Positions 18,916 through 28,739 of a DNA stretch of 64,000 nucleotides are shown piece by piece. The stretch is taken from IMG/VR virus record IMGVR_UViG_3300035157_001069, positions 2,062-66,061 of that record, one strand, 5' to 3'. How positions within the stretch are numbered: position 1 is the stretch's first letter; every line of letters begins with the position of its first letter. This DNA comes from a virus. Its lineage: Duplodnaviria > Caudoviricetes. Under the pieces are notes generated by a model. That model ran no database searches. It was given only the letters and a program-made list of their open reading frames with translations, and was not told the origin of the DNA. A program made the position numbers and the translations under genes.

Positions 18916-20379
18916 TCAGTTCATCACACCGTAGAAGAATGATTGTTGAACAATCGTACTTGTTGTTGTCCACTGACCAGATATCAAGACAGCCCAATTA
19001 GCAACCTCTGATGCATCTGTAATCGCTGCACCATTAGATGTATGATCATTGATATTCATGTACAAATTCAAGTTTGGTGCTGTACCTGATGTGACTAAAT
19101 CGTTTTTAAAGTAAGCCGTCGCATCTGAATAACCACCTCTATAGAACTGTCCAGAGGAAATCCTGACCCAATAATTACTTCCTGTGTAATCAGTTAAGAA
19201 GCTACTGGTCGAAGTATGGCTTGCAAAACATCTATAGGTTTGCCCTAAATGTTGAATAGTATCATTCTTCTTGTAATCGGTTCCATTAGCCCAGTTACCC
19301 CTGTCGTATAAAGCTGCTGAAAATAATGTCCAGTTAGTAGCATTAGGAGGCTCTGAACCTGTATGAGCTACTTTGCATAAATAAACATCTGCGTTTAATT
19401 TTACCAGATCGTTTTTCTTGTAAGCAATTCCAACATCCCAGTCACCTTTCCATGCGAATGATTCAGTGAATAATTCCCAGTTCGTAGAATCAGGTGGTTC
19501 TACTCCTTGATGGTTGGTTTTAGCCTTGTATTGAATGCCATTAACGAAAACTAGATCGTTAATCTTATAATTAACAGCAGTATCCCATGCTCCTGTAGGC
19601 TTGAATCCTTCTACAAAAATATCAAAATAGGTACTATTAGGAGGTTCGTTTCCTGTACTTGCTTGCTTACATCTGTATTGAATACCATTTAAGGTTACGA
19701 TGTCATTTATTTTGTATGGTGTTGCCGCATCATATGCACCTGTCCAGTTAAAACCTGAACTAAACAAGTCCCAATAAGTTGCATTAGGAGGTTCTTGATT
19801 TGTATGATCCGCTTTACACTTATAAATAATTCCATTCAGTGTTGCTAAGTCATTAACGTGATAAGCAGTTGCTGAATTCCAGTTTCCTGTATCATTAAAA
19901 CCTTCTGCAAATACGTTCCAGTAAGTTCCATTAGGAGGATCTTGGTTCGTATGAGCAAGGATACATATATAGTTAACGCCGTTTTGAATGACTATATCGT
20001 TGCGTTTGTACGAAGTAGCAGAACTCCAGTTTCCTGTGTATTTAAAACCTTCTACGAAATCTTCCCAATAGCTAGCATTAGGCGGCTCGTTGTTAGTGGT
20101 TGTCGCAGTACATTTATAGAGGACACCACTAACGTTGACAATATCGCCAGCTACATACTGAGTAGCAGAATCCCATTCGCCTCTCAGTGTCAATCCTCTT
20201 GACATTAGAGACCAATGAGATGTGCTGTCTGGGTTGGTTCCAGCCCCTGCTATTTGGTTGATGTATGTATATGAGTTACCACCATAGGTGACAACATCAT
20301 TTAACTCGTAAGATGTGGAGTTGGCATAGTCACCACGAAATAAAAATCGTAGTTTACCGAGATCAATAACAGTGCTCAT
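18916..20379 (-). CDS. Tail protein with about ten 45-aa Trp/Tyr-rich (ChtBD3/CBM5-12-like) repeats
   Basis: IDLGKLRF.FRG N-terminus, then repeated GxWxxATxYxxNDxVxxNGxxYxCxxxHTxxEPPxxxxW. Confidence 0.8.
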   Translation of the reverse strand: MSTVIDLGKLRFLFRGDYANSTSYELNDVVTYGGNSYTYINQIAGAGTNPDSTSHWSLMSRGLTLRGEWDSATQYVAGDIVNVSGVLYKCTATTTNNEPPNASYWEDFVEGFKYTGNWSSATSYKRNDIVIQNGVNYICILAHTNQDPPNGTYWNVFAEGFNDTGNWNSATAYHVNDLATLNGIIYKCKADHTNQEPPNATYWDLFSSGFNWTGAYDAATPYKINDIVTLNGIQYRCKQASTGNEPPNSTYFDIFVEGFKPTGAWDTAVNYKINDLVFVNGIQYKAKTNHQGVEPPDSTNWELFTESFAWKGDWDVGIAYKKNDLVKLNADVYLCKVAHTGSEPPNATNWTLFSAALYDRGNWANGTDYKKNDTIQHLGQTYRCFASHTSTSSFLTDYTGSNYWVRISSGQFYRGGYSDATAYFKNDLVTSGTAPNLNLYMNINDHTSNGAAITDASEVANWAVLISGQWTTTSTIVQQSFFYGVMN

Positions 20380-20663
20380 ACGATTTCTACCTGTAGATGT
20401 CCTGGATAATTGTTAGAGAAAGACCACTCAAAATTGAGTAATTTGTCTGACCATACAATTTCTGTATAGTCTTCATCATTCATTATATTATTAATACTAT
20501 CAGTCATTTTGACGAAGCTACCATCGTCATGTCTTATGACATCTAAAGCTCCCGTGAGTCTGTTGTATTTAAACCCATAGGCTACTTTTCCTGTAGGTTC
20601 TTGGAATTCTTTAGTCGCAGGAGTTTCAATCTCCTTGACTAACTTGATCGGGTTAGCTGACAT
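20376..20663 (-). CDS. Hypothetical virion protein
   Basis: Coupled ORF within the tail module. Confidence 0.6.
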   Translation of the reverse strand: MSANPIKLVKEIETPATKEFQEPTGKVAYGFKYNRLTGALDVIRHDDGSFVKMTDSINNIMNDEDYTEIVWSDKLLNFEWSFSNNYPGHLQVEIV

Positions 20664-21010
20664 TAAACATCCTCATAAACAGATACAACAATAGAAAAGG
20701 CATCTCCATCTGCAGTTATTCTACGTGCATCAGCTTTGACGATATCGCCAGCTGCTAACACCATCTTGTCTGCTCCTTCGATGTTCGTAACTGCTCCTGG
20801 CTGTAGATGAACATCTTTAGCAATCCATAAGTCTGCTCCTCCTTTGTCTACCCATATTTGAACAGGAAGATTGAAGCCTGTCTTATTGGTTGCCGCGATC
20901 CCTGTTATTACACTTTGCTTAGTAGCAGGGACTGTATAAACAGAAACTGGTGAAGGGCTAGCTGGATTGCTTCCTACTGAGCCGTTCGCAGCTTGAACAA
21001 ATGACGCCAT
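20663..21010 (-). CDS. Small virion structural protein
   Basis: VYTVPA..VITGI..N..KMVL.AGD pattern. Confidence 0.65.
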   Translation of the reverse strand: MASFVQAANGSVGSNPASPSPVSVYTVPATKQSVITGIAATNKTGFNLPVQIWVDKGGADLWIAKDVHLQPGAVTNIEGADKMVLAAGDIVKADARRITADGDAFSIVVSVYEDV

Positions 21011-21645
21011 TAACTAAATGCCAAAATATCCGAAATTGAGCCTCCCCCTCCACTTCCACCTCCTGCGCTAACAATCAGCCAAGTGTTAAGAGAGCCTGCT
21101 ATATACATACTAAAGGCCCCGCTGACGGAGTTATACCACCAATCACCTTCTACCATTCCTGAAGTCGGGGCAGTTCCTGAGCTAAAGGTCTTATGTCCTA
21201 CCTCATCCCATGCGCTGCCAGTGTATATTTTTAGTCTTTCATTAGTCGTATCCCACCAAAACTCTCCCGCTAAAGGACTACTAGGGGTTGTCCCTGAGAC
21301 ATAAGTCTGAGACTCTGCTAATTCCCATTGACTAGTGGAAGTTATGTATACTTTTAACTGATTAGTTGTTGTGTCAAACCAAAGCAATCCATTAGTAGGG
21401 TTGCTAGGAGCCGATGCAGCAACGACAGCTGCGGAAAGGTCTTCTGTAGGCTCTGTCCATGCTGAGCCTGTATAAACTTTTAGGATATTTCCATTAGTGT
21501 CTAACCAAATATCCCCAGTAGCAGGGTTGGAAGGAGCAGTGGCTGAGACTGTCTGCCTTGAATACGGTACACCGCTAATACGGTCGGAATCTGCAAGCTC
21601 TTGGGGATACCCAGAGATGTAGACAATGGGTTTACGATCTGCCAT
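21010..21645 (-). CDS. Tail fibre protein with SxxAPSNPxxGDxWxDT repeats
   Basis: Four repeats, each with W.D/N..LK.Y..W. Confidence 0.75.
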   Translation of the reverse strand: MADRKPIVYISGYPQELADSDRISGVPYSRQTVSATAPSNPATGDIWLDTNGNILKVYTGSAWTEPTEDLSAAVVAASAPSNPTNGLLWFDTTTNQLKVYITSTSQWELAESQTYVSGTTPSSPLAGEFWWDTTNERLKIYTGSAWDEVGHKTFSSGTAPTSGMVEGDWWYNSVSGAFSMYIAGSLNTWLIVSAGGGSGGGGSISDILAFS

Positions 21646-22169
21646 TAACTTAGAAGGACTGGGACATCAATATTTAAAGCCAGAGTAGTCGTATCTAACG
21701 CTTCTCCGACTAATACAACATATTCACTGGCTGCGGATGGAGGAGTATTACTTATAGTTCCTAGCCCACTGAGGAAGTATCTATCCCCGGGGGTGAAAGT
21801 AGATCCTGTACTAGCAAGATCTATCTTTCCAGCAAAAACTAACTTTGCTAATTGATCAATGGCTACATCTTCCTTGATTAATCCTGCGACAGTTGCTACA
21901 TCCCTAGTGGAGGTATGTATAGCTTTGATTAATTTGCCGTTTGGGTCTATGAATACGGCGTCACCTTTGCTCAGTGCTTCACCCGCTGTTAATTCTATTT
22001 CAACTGCAGAGCCACCTCCCATGCCTGCTATTGCTGTTTGCAATGCAAGTAATGCTTGGATGATTCCTCCAGTGTTATGGTTGTAACTTGTCACAGTTCC
22101 TCCGGCTGCTGTAATGCAAGCATTGATTGCGGCAATAATTCCGCCAGTATTTTCAGGGTATTGAGCCAT
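21645..22169 (-). CDS. Virion protein with capsid cement/DUF2190-like C-terminal domain
   Basis: AGEALSKGDAVFI..G..YFLS..G..P..VGEA. Confidence 0.55.
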   Translation of the reverse strand: MAQYPENTGGIIAAINACITAAGGTVTSYNHNTGGIIQALLALQTAIAGMGGGSAVEIELTAGEALSKGDAVFIDPNGKLIKAIHTSTRDVATVAGLIKEDVAIDQLAKLVFAGKIDLASTGSTFTPGDRYFLSGLGTISNTPPSAASEYVVLVGEALDTTTLALNIDVPVLLS

Positions 22170-22178
22170 AGTTTAATT

Positions 22179-23588
22179 CTACTTAACAATGACAGGGGCA
22201 TCGGGGGCATCAGCAGCGACAGATTCCACCATCGGATAGTCGAAGCCATCTTGATTTACTGTAGTTTCAAATTGACCGGTACTACTGTTAAAGATTTGCA
22301 GTTGCTGAGATCCTCTTTTTAACCACCAATCATTTTGTCTGCACCAACTAATTTCTGGTTCAATTGGATCATTCCAAAGAATAGGAAGGTTGGATCTGAT
22401 ATTATCTCGTGGATTACCTCCAGGAAATATTTCAATGCCAACAACTTCCGCTAACGATAATAGGTAGCGGTCGTAATTGATTCGATGACGAGCATTGTAA
22501 TCGCTGTAAACTTGACTACCAAAATCACGTTCTATATGCACACCGAAAGATCTTAAATCATCCTCATTAACTGGGTAATCACTAGGTTCGTACCATGGTA
22601 TCCCTGCTACCCATCTCAATGCATGCATGTGTTTGCATTCTCTTCTCTGATCAATTCTTTGAGGTAACGTCCTCCACTGACGGTAATATCCTGTTCCTTG
22701 TTTTTCCCATTCTGCTATAACACTTCTGCTGGCGTTAGGAAGAGGGAAAGCATCCATCCCCGCAGAATCTTTCGGGAACTCTAAGTTTGCTAAGGCTCCT
22801 CCTAAATGATCAGGACAACAGCAAAACATTTTGTGAGAAGAACACAAGTGTTTGCCACTACTTGTATCCCATACATTCGGGTTGTTGGGATCGTACTTTA
22901 ATTCTTTCCAATAAATAGTATTATTTTTCCTAACTCTTCCATAAGCTTTAGATAGGTCGAATACCAATGTCATTGCTCCAACATTGGCAGAGATTAAAGT
23001 TAACGCAACGCTTCCCTCCGGTTCTTCTATCACATGATCAGGATAATCAGGACCACTTGCGGTATCTTCGAATTGATCTCCAATAAATACATTGAAGATA
23101 CCTACCTGAGCCGGTGTTAGGACGCCTGTAACATCGTAAGTTAATGTATGATCTTCCGGGTTAGGACTACTAGTATTCGTTGTGATTGCAGAAGAGCTAA
23201 GAGGTAAAGGCAAAATGATACTACCCCTTGTTCTAAGTCCGGCATACCATGTTCGCTCTGGACTGCTTTTGCTAGGGAACATGACGACAATATCCTTAGA
23301 TATCCCGCTGACGGCTCCAGTAGAAAATCGAGTATTGCTATATAAATATTTATCGTCCCATGAACGACCTAAGCCATAATAATAAGCTTGGCCTAGCTGC
23401 CATCTTTTGTAATCAGTGGTTCTATTGTAATTTTCTAAAACAGTAGGAAACGTAATTGTTCCGTATTGTCCTGCTCCTGATTCTTTGCGTGGGTATAAAC
23501 CTTTGGCTCTTGGTTTTAAACCTCTAGTAATCGGCTGAAGACCGAAGCCCTTGTCAAGAGACCCTAGCCCACAGCAGCTTTTTCCCAT
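22179..23588 (-). CDS. Hypothetical protein with SWIM-like Zn finger
   Basis: CCCPD...CKHMHAL. Confidence 0.6.
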   Translation of the reverse strand: MGKSCCGLGSLDKGFGLQPITRGLKPRAKGLYPRKESGAGQYGTITFPTVLENYNRTTDYKRWQLGQAYYYGLGRSWDDKYLYSNTRFSTGAVSGISKDIVVMFPSKSSPERTWYAGLRTRGSIILPLPLSSSAITTNTSSPNPEDHTLTYDVTGVLTPAQVGIFNVFIGDQFEDTASGPDYPDHVIEEPEGSVALTLISANVGAMTLVFDLSKAYGRVRKNNTIYWKELKYDPNNPNVWDTSSGKHLCSSHKMFCCCPDHLGGALANLEFPKDSAGMDAFPLPNASRSVIAEWEKQGTGYYRQWRTLPQRIDQRRECKHMHALRWVAGIPWYEPSDYPVNEDDLRSFGVHIERDFGSQVYSDYNARHRINYDRYLLSLAEVVGIEIFPGGNPRDNIRSNLPILWNDPIEPEISWCRQNDWWLKRGSQQLQIFNSSTGQFETTVNQDGFDYPMVESVAADAPDAPVIVK

Positions 23589-23590
23589 CC

Positions 23591-25423
23591 TTAGAAATAA
23601 CTACCTGCTGCAAAATAGGTTGCATCTTTACCTGCTCCTACTCTCATACCTTTCTTTGCGTAAGGACGATCATCTTTAACTTTTGGTCCACTAGTGATTT
23701 GACCTGGGGTATTCACATCAGAGCCGAAAGTTCCTTGACCACTCTTCAAATTACCGTAACCAGAGCTAGCCTGATTGCCTCCTACAGTAGAACCTCTTCT
23801 TAATTTGCCTGCTTCTGCTGATCTTTGGCTTTCCCTGTAATTATCAATAATTCTACGTAGGCCTAAGTAATCTTTATCATTTGCCCTGTTCTTATCATCC
23901 GCTTCAGCACTATTGATAGCGGCTTTATCTGCTGCTGTCTCTGCGTATAAGTTTCCTTTAGCAAAACCAGTCCGAGCGTAACCTCCTCCTAATCCTCCTC
24001 CCATATACTCTCCTGTGGCTTCTCCTGTATCTGAATTATTTTGATCAGCATCTAAAGGATCGCCCATGTAAGTGCCGATCTCTGTGTCATCATCTGCTAG
24101 GGAAGTGTCATAGACACAACGAGTACCTGAAGCATCAGGAACTTTGCCTCCAGTACAAACTAAATTATTGGGGTTACTAGGATCGTCATTGACACAATTA
24201 CCACTAGCATCCTTCTTTTGACCTGCAGGACATGTATCGTCTGGAGGATCGTCTACACATGTTCCGTTGACTAAGCTTTGGCCAGCGCTACAGGTGGGAT
24301 CTGGATCCTTGCAACCTCCAGAACCATCGGGAACTTGTGGTGCGGTACAAGTAGTTGTATTGTCAACACAAGTATTAGATGCTGAATCGTATGTTTGATC
24401 TGCAGAGCAAGTAGGTTTAGCTACGCATTGACCATTAATCAAGACCTCTCCAGTACCACAGGTTATTTGAGTTGTGCCACATGTGTCTGTTGAATGATCA
24501 TATGTTTTACCTTGCTGATGGCAAGCGTATTCTGGAGATAATTTAATATTGTTAATAACATCCTCACGAGATTGACCATTATTTAAATCATTTCTCCAGT
24601 AAGTTCTACCTTCATCTCCAAGAGGACGACCTAATAATTCTTTATAAGTTTCATTTAAAAAGTATTCATCACCTCTTTTAATGTTGTCAATAACATCTTG
24701 ACGAGATTGCCCACTCTTAAGTTGTTCTTTCCAATAGTCTCGACCTTCATCTCCTAGATCCCTGTCTAGAAGGGTGTCATACTGAGTATCTAGGAAGGCT
24801 TCTGCTTGCGTATCAAATTCGTTGGATTGTCGAATATTGGAAGCGACTTGCTCTTTAGTTTGTCCTGTTGCTAAATCTTTTAGCCAATGTTTTTTACCGG
24901 CCTCATCCAATACTGTTCCGTCACCATCATCATCGGTTCTATCTAATTCATTTCTATAAATATCTTCTAAAAACTGTTTGTTGTCGTCTAGATTAGCAGC
25001 TTCTGTGCTGGCTTCTATGGACTTGCTAATATTTTCCAATGCAGCAGATTTATCTGTAGCCGCGTTATATTCTGCAACCCAATAACCCATACCAGAATCA
25101 TCTGCATCTCTTTCTAATTTGTCGTTATAAATCTGATTAATCTGTTGCTCAACAGTGTCATTCGATGAATCATTATCATTACTTGTGAAGTCTGCTGCTT
25201 GAGGAACAGTAGCTGGTGCTGCTACTCCTGCCGCTACATTGCTAGTTGCTCTATTTTGTGCCTCTTCAGACGCATCAAATGATTTCTCTACATTCTCCCT
25301 TGAAATAGCGCCACTATTTAACTGAGCAGTCCAATACGCTTTACCTGCAGCGTCAGGTTCTCTACCAAATTTGGATTTATATAACGCATCAACATAAGCT
25401 GATGTATTGGACGCAGAAGCCAT
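23591..25423 (-). CDS. DUF4214-like repeat protein with Cys-rich repeats
   Basis: Five Y..L.R..D..G..YW..L..G.SR..V...I..S.E repeats, then CxxGQ..NGxCV repeats. Confidence 0.75.
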   Translation of the reverse strand: MASASNTSAYVDALYKSKFGREPDAAGKAYWTAQLNSGAISRENVEKSFDASEEAQNRATSNVAAGVAAPATVPQAADFTSNDNDSSNDTVEQQINQIYNDKLERDADDSGMGYWVAEYNAATDKSAALENISKSIEASTEAANLDDNKQFLEDIYRNELDRTDDDGDGTVLDEAGKKHWLKDLATGQTKEQVASNIRQSNEFDTQAEAFLDTQYDTLLDRDLGDEGRDYWKEQLKSGQSRQDVIDNIKRGDEYFLNETYKELLGRPLGDEGRTYWRNDLNNGQSREDVINNIKLSPEYACHQQGKTYDHSTDTCGTTQITCGTGEVLINGQCVAKPTCSADQTYDSASNTCVDNTTTCTAPQVPDGSGGCKDPDPTCSAGQSLVNGTCVDDPPDDTCPAGQKKDASGNCVNDDPSNPNNLVCTGGKVPDASGTRCVYDTSLADDDTEIGTYMGDPLDADQNNSDTGEATGEYMGGGLGGGYARTGFAKGNLYAETAADKAAINSAEADDKNRANDKDYLGLRRIIDNYRESQRSAEAGKLRRGSTVGGNQASSGYGNLKSGQGTFGSDVNTPGQITSGPKVKDDRPYAKKGMRVGAGKDATYFAAGSYF

Positions 25424-25945
25424 TTAGAAGAATCCTCCTTGAGCTAAAACATGAACTACGGTTGTTGCACTAGGAGCAGTTAGAACTACGTCAACCCCTA
25501 CATACACTAATGCTCCTGAGGGAACATAAAGACCTGTATTCTTTTTATCAGTTTCGCTAGCACCTGTAGTTCCTCCAAGATTGGGGACAGGGACACTTAA
25601 AGGTGGCAAGGCAATGTTTGTTCTGTCACCCATGTTTGTCGACGCAATTGCTCCTATAGCTACTGCAACAGTATTTGCTGCTGAGATAGTAGAAGTAGTC
25701 GTAGCCGTACTTAGGAAAACAACAACATTAGAAGCAGTTGTACTGGCTTCGTTTGCAACGATAGATAAGCTATCTATTACTCCTCCGTCATTAGCTGAAC
25801 AATCAACCAATAAGATGCATCCTCCTCCTGAAGGAGTATTTAAATTGGTCGCTGATGTTAAACAGGTCGCTCCCCCTACCGTTGCAAACGAATGCATTGG
25901 TCTGTCGACCAAGAGGGGCATTTTGTTGGTGCTACTAGTTGCCAT
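25424..25945 (-). CDS. Virion structural protein
   Basis: Thr/Ser-rich beta protein, MATSSTNKMPLLVDRP..AQGGFF. Confidence 0.65.
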   Translation of the reverse strand: MATSSTNKMPLLVDRPMHSFATVGGATCLTSATNLNTPSGGGCILLVDCSANDGGVIDSLSIVANEASTTASNVVVFLSTATTTSTISAANTVAVAIGAIASTNMGDRTNIALPPLSVPVPNLGGTTGASETDKKNTGLYVPSGALVYVGVDVVLTAPSATTVVHVLAQGGFF

Positions 25946-25972
25946 TTGTGTTGATCTTTATTCCAAGTTTAA

Positions 25973-26413
25973 TTACATTCCAGGGCCAGCTGGAGCAGTG
26001 ACGTTCCTTTGGGGACCGGAACCCATAAGTCCAACCCCTGTACTCATCCCTTTAGCTTTTGTTTTACCTTTACTGTTTCCTCCAAATTTAGAAATAGCAA
26101 GTGTAGGTTCTACAGGAACAGGAGGTGCGTCGAAATAAGCTCCTTTCTGAGTCGGCTTCGTCCATACGGGAACTTCAGAAGGAAGCATCCGTGTGGCATC
26201 ACCATAAGGATTGGAATTTTCTACTCCTTCCTTTAACGATTTTTTCTCGTCAACGGCATTAGGCATGCCGATGAAGGACTTCACATTGTCAGGATTGTTA
26301 GGAACTCCTATCCCATCAGCCGCTAAGCTTGTTTGAGCGAATTGATGTGCTTTAGCATCAACCACCCAATCCCTGAAATCGTTTGCTCCTTTGTCTTGTG
26401 ATTGCTTATTCAT
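25973..26413 (-). CDS. Hypothetical protein
   Basis: 146-aa ORF in the late operon. Confidence 0.6.
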   Translation of the reverse strand: MNKQSQDKGANDFRDWVVDAKAHQFAQTSLAADGIGVPNNPDNVKSFIGMPNAVDEKKSLKEGVENSNPYGDATRMLPSEVPVWTKPTQKGAYFDAPPVPVEPTLAISKFGGNSKGKTKAKGMSTGVGLMGSGPQRNVTAPAGPGM

Positions 26414-26415
26414 TG

Positions 26416-27192
26416 TTAAACCTTTTCGATGAAACTTTTCAATAAACTGTCAGCCATTGTTCCACTGTTCAATGCTGTTGCTGGGACTGCTTTTGATGGC
26501 TGCTCGAAACTAACATCATTATTAACTAGCGTAGATAGCTGATCAACAGGCTTATCAACGTTACCAGGATTGTCGGGTTGAGCAGATCTTGTTCCCTCGT
26601 TGTTAGAAATAGCACTACTTGGTTGCATACGTTGTTGACCATTACCGGTACCTGTTTTGATGGCCTGTGGTGCAAAACCGGCTTGTAAAGGTTTTAATAT
26701 GGACGCCCTGTTGATGTTTGGGTTATTGAGATTCACCGAATTCGCAGCAACATTAGTAGTAGGTAAAACTCCTGCACCACTGATGTTTCCTTTGAATTGA
26801 TCTGCTGCTTGATTACCTACCCCAGGAACTTGCAATAAAGCCTGTGTCTCTTGAGCATTAACCTTACCTTTTATCACGTTCTGCGGTGAGAAAGTACCTT
26901 TCTTCTCTGGTAATGAGAAGTTAGTATTCGCTTCTCCAGCTAAAGCAGGGCTAATGTCTTTCAGTAAAACTGTATTAGGACTTCCTTTCACTAATCCAGG
27001 ATTAGAAGAAGGAGAAAACTGACCACTTGTATTTACGCCTCCATTAGCGTTTTGAAGCATTTGGTTCTTTTGCTCCTTGAGATTAGCCTCTCTGTTTAAA
27101 ACAATAGGCTCGTTAGGACCTATTCCTGCTCCGAAGTGATTCAGGGGAAAACCTGTATTCGATTGTGGGTTTGCTTTTCTTGCCATGATCAT
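26416..27192 (-). CDS. Hypothetical low-complexity protein
   Basis: Asn/Gln/Pro-rich 258-aa ORF. Confidence 0.6.
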   Translation of the reverse strand: MIMARKANPQSNTGFPLNHFGAGIGPNEPIVLNREANLKEQKNQMLQNANGGVNTSGQFSPSSNPGLVKGSPNTVLLKDISPALAGEANTNFSLPEKKGTFSPQNVIKGKVNAQETQALLQVPGVGNQAADQFKGNISGAGVLPTTNVAANSVNLNNPNINRASILKPLQAGFAPQAIKTGTGNGQQRMQPSSAISNNEGTRSAQPDNPGNVDKPVDQLSTLVNNDVSFEQPSKAVPATALNSGTMADSLLKSFIEKV

Positions 27193-27674
27193 CTCCAGTT
27201 CATAGAACCAATAGCTTGAGTTACTCTTGTTCCTACTGCAGTGTCAGCAGGACCCTTTACAGCCATGATAAACTCTCCGCCACTACTGGAGAAAGCATAA
27301 CGTCTGACTTCTTCTCTTCTGTAATTGGCAACATATAAAGTCTCTGCTAGTCGATCAACTTCTCTTAAGTAAATCTCTCGGTAATCCTTGTCAGCCTTGA
27401 TCGGATCAGATTGAAAGATGGCACGATCTGTGTCACCTGTAATCCTTTCAATCCTGCTTGGTTGAGGTTGTGATTCAACACGAAAAACCTGAGACAGCTT
27501 ATAAGCTTTATCACATCTGTTGAGATGCTCTACAACCCGTTGAAAGAAGTAGCTATCAGGAATACGAGCCATCGCCTCTTCGAGACGAGCTATATCTCCT
27601 GCAGGTAAATTTGCACCATTGTTGTAGCCAAGGTGAAATCTACATCGACTTTTGTCGTAATCGTTTAATTCCAA
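27189..27674 (-). CDS. Possible head-tail adaptor/completion protein
   Basis: DKSRCRFHLGY N-terminus; helical; located downstream of the capsid genes. Confidence 0.45.
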   Translation of the reverse strand: MELNDYDKSRCRFHLGYNNGANLPAGDIARLEEAMARIPDSYFFQRVVEHLNRCDKAYKLSQVFRVESQPQPSRIERITGDTDRAIFQSDPIKADKDYREIYLREVDRLAETLYVANYRREEVRRYAFSSSGGEFIMAVKGPADTAVGTRVTQAIGSMNWR

Positions 27675-27705
27675 TGACTACCTGATTAACCTATTCATTA
27701 TTCTA

Positions 27706-28221
27706 CTAATAAGCTTCTTGTTTTATTTGTTCTAAAACTTGGTACAATTCTGGACCGCCGTCAACAGGAATATCTGCGCTCCAATCAATCATATCTCCAA
27801 GCAGTAAAGCAACACGATCATTTACTTGCCCAGTCTCAACCAAGTGTTTGACATAACCACCTGAAATATCTCCTCCAACCAATAACCGTTGAAGTTGAGT
27901 TAGAACTGCTCTGTCCTCTGGAGTTTCATTCATGAACGGCATACCATTTCTTCTGTGGTATTCATCCAAGTACGCAAGATCTTTAGCTTTTTGTTCAGCG
28001 GCTGCTTGCTGGATTTGAGTATTTGCTAAAGCATTAGCTACTCTCTCTTTTGCTTCTGGAGAAAGTTTGGAGTCGTTGTCGTCCAAAATATTGGCAGCAA
28101 CTAATCCAGTAGTTCCTCCACCCGCCGCTGCAAGTCCAGACCATAAAGCAGCATCATTTAAGCCTGTCTTGTCCAGGACTAGACCTCTTGCTTCTCCTGC
28201 TTTCCTCTTGCCAAACAACAT
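27706..28221 (-). CDS. Hypothetical protein
   Basis: 171-aa ORF with RKAG near the N-terminus. Confidence 0.6.
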   Translation of the reverse strand: MLFGKRKAGEARGLVLDKTGLNDAALWSGLAAAGGGTTGLVAANILDDNDSKLSPEAKERVANALANTQIQQAAAEQKAKDLAYLDEYHRRNGMPFMNETPEDRAVLTQLQRLLVGGDISGGYVKHLVETGQVNDRVALLLGDMIDWSADIPVDGGPELYQVLEQIKQEAY

Positions 28222-28250
28222 CTTCGATTAGTAGAAACCCTTGTCTTAGT

Positions 28251-28685
28251 TTAAGGGCCAACGTAAATCAAATCAGCTTTAAAGACAGCATCCCAATCTA
28301 CGCGACCAATCTTTCTTAATTGATCTAATTTTTGAAATTTTTCTCCAGGAAGAGACATCTTTAATTCAATAATCTTTTTAGCTGTTGCATAACCTATTCC
28401 TTTGACAGTTTTTGCAATACTTTCCGCTGATGCAGCGTTTAAATTTAAACGAGTATCAATCGGTATAGTTGTCTCAGGAATAGCATCCTCGTCTTTAGGT
28501 GTCTCTGCAGACTGAGGTTGAGGCTTCTTGTCGGTTCTACCAACTCCTACTTGATATTCAACTAAGTCATCAAGAGCTATATACTGTACAACTCCTGTAG
28601 AATTTTTGACCATTGCCCAATCCTTATCGTGATGTCCGATAAACTCGACTATTTGGCCATTTTTAGTGTTTTGAAATAATCCCAT
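28251..28685 (-). CDS. Helix-hairpin-helix (ComEA-like) DNA-binding domain protein
   Basis: LNLNAASAESI..VKGIGYATAKKII..F..LDQL. Confidence 0.8.
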   Translation of the reverse strand: MGLFQNTKNGQIVEFIGHHDKDWAMVKNSTGVVQYIALDDLVEYQVGVGRTDKKPQPQSAETPKDEDAIPETTIPIDTRLNLNAASAESIAKTVKGIGYATAKKIIELKMSLPGEKFQKLDQLRKIGRVDWDAVFKADLIYVGP

Positions 28686-28716
28686 AAAAAAAGGGCATCC
28701 ATTTTTCAGATGCCCT
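28686..28716 (-). terminator. Intrinsic terminator after the capsid operon
   Basis: AGGGCATC/GATGCCCT stem with an A-run on the + strand (U-tract on the - strand). Confidence 0.7.
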
Positions 28717-28739
28717 CATCATAGTGACAAACCAGCGTT

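Noticed and set aside
16406-20379. Diversity-generating retroelement or DNA-level repeat system in the tail fibre genes
   Set aside because: The repeats are protein-level with diverged codons; no reverse transcriptase or template/variable repeat pair was seen.
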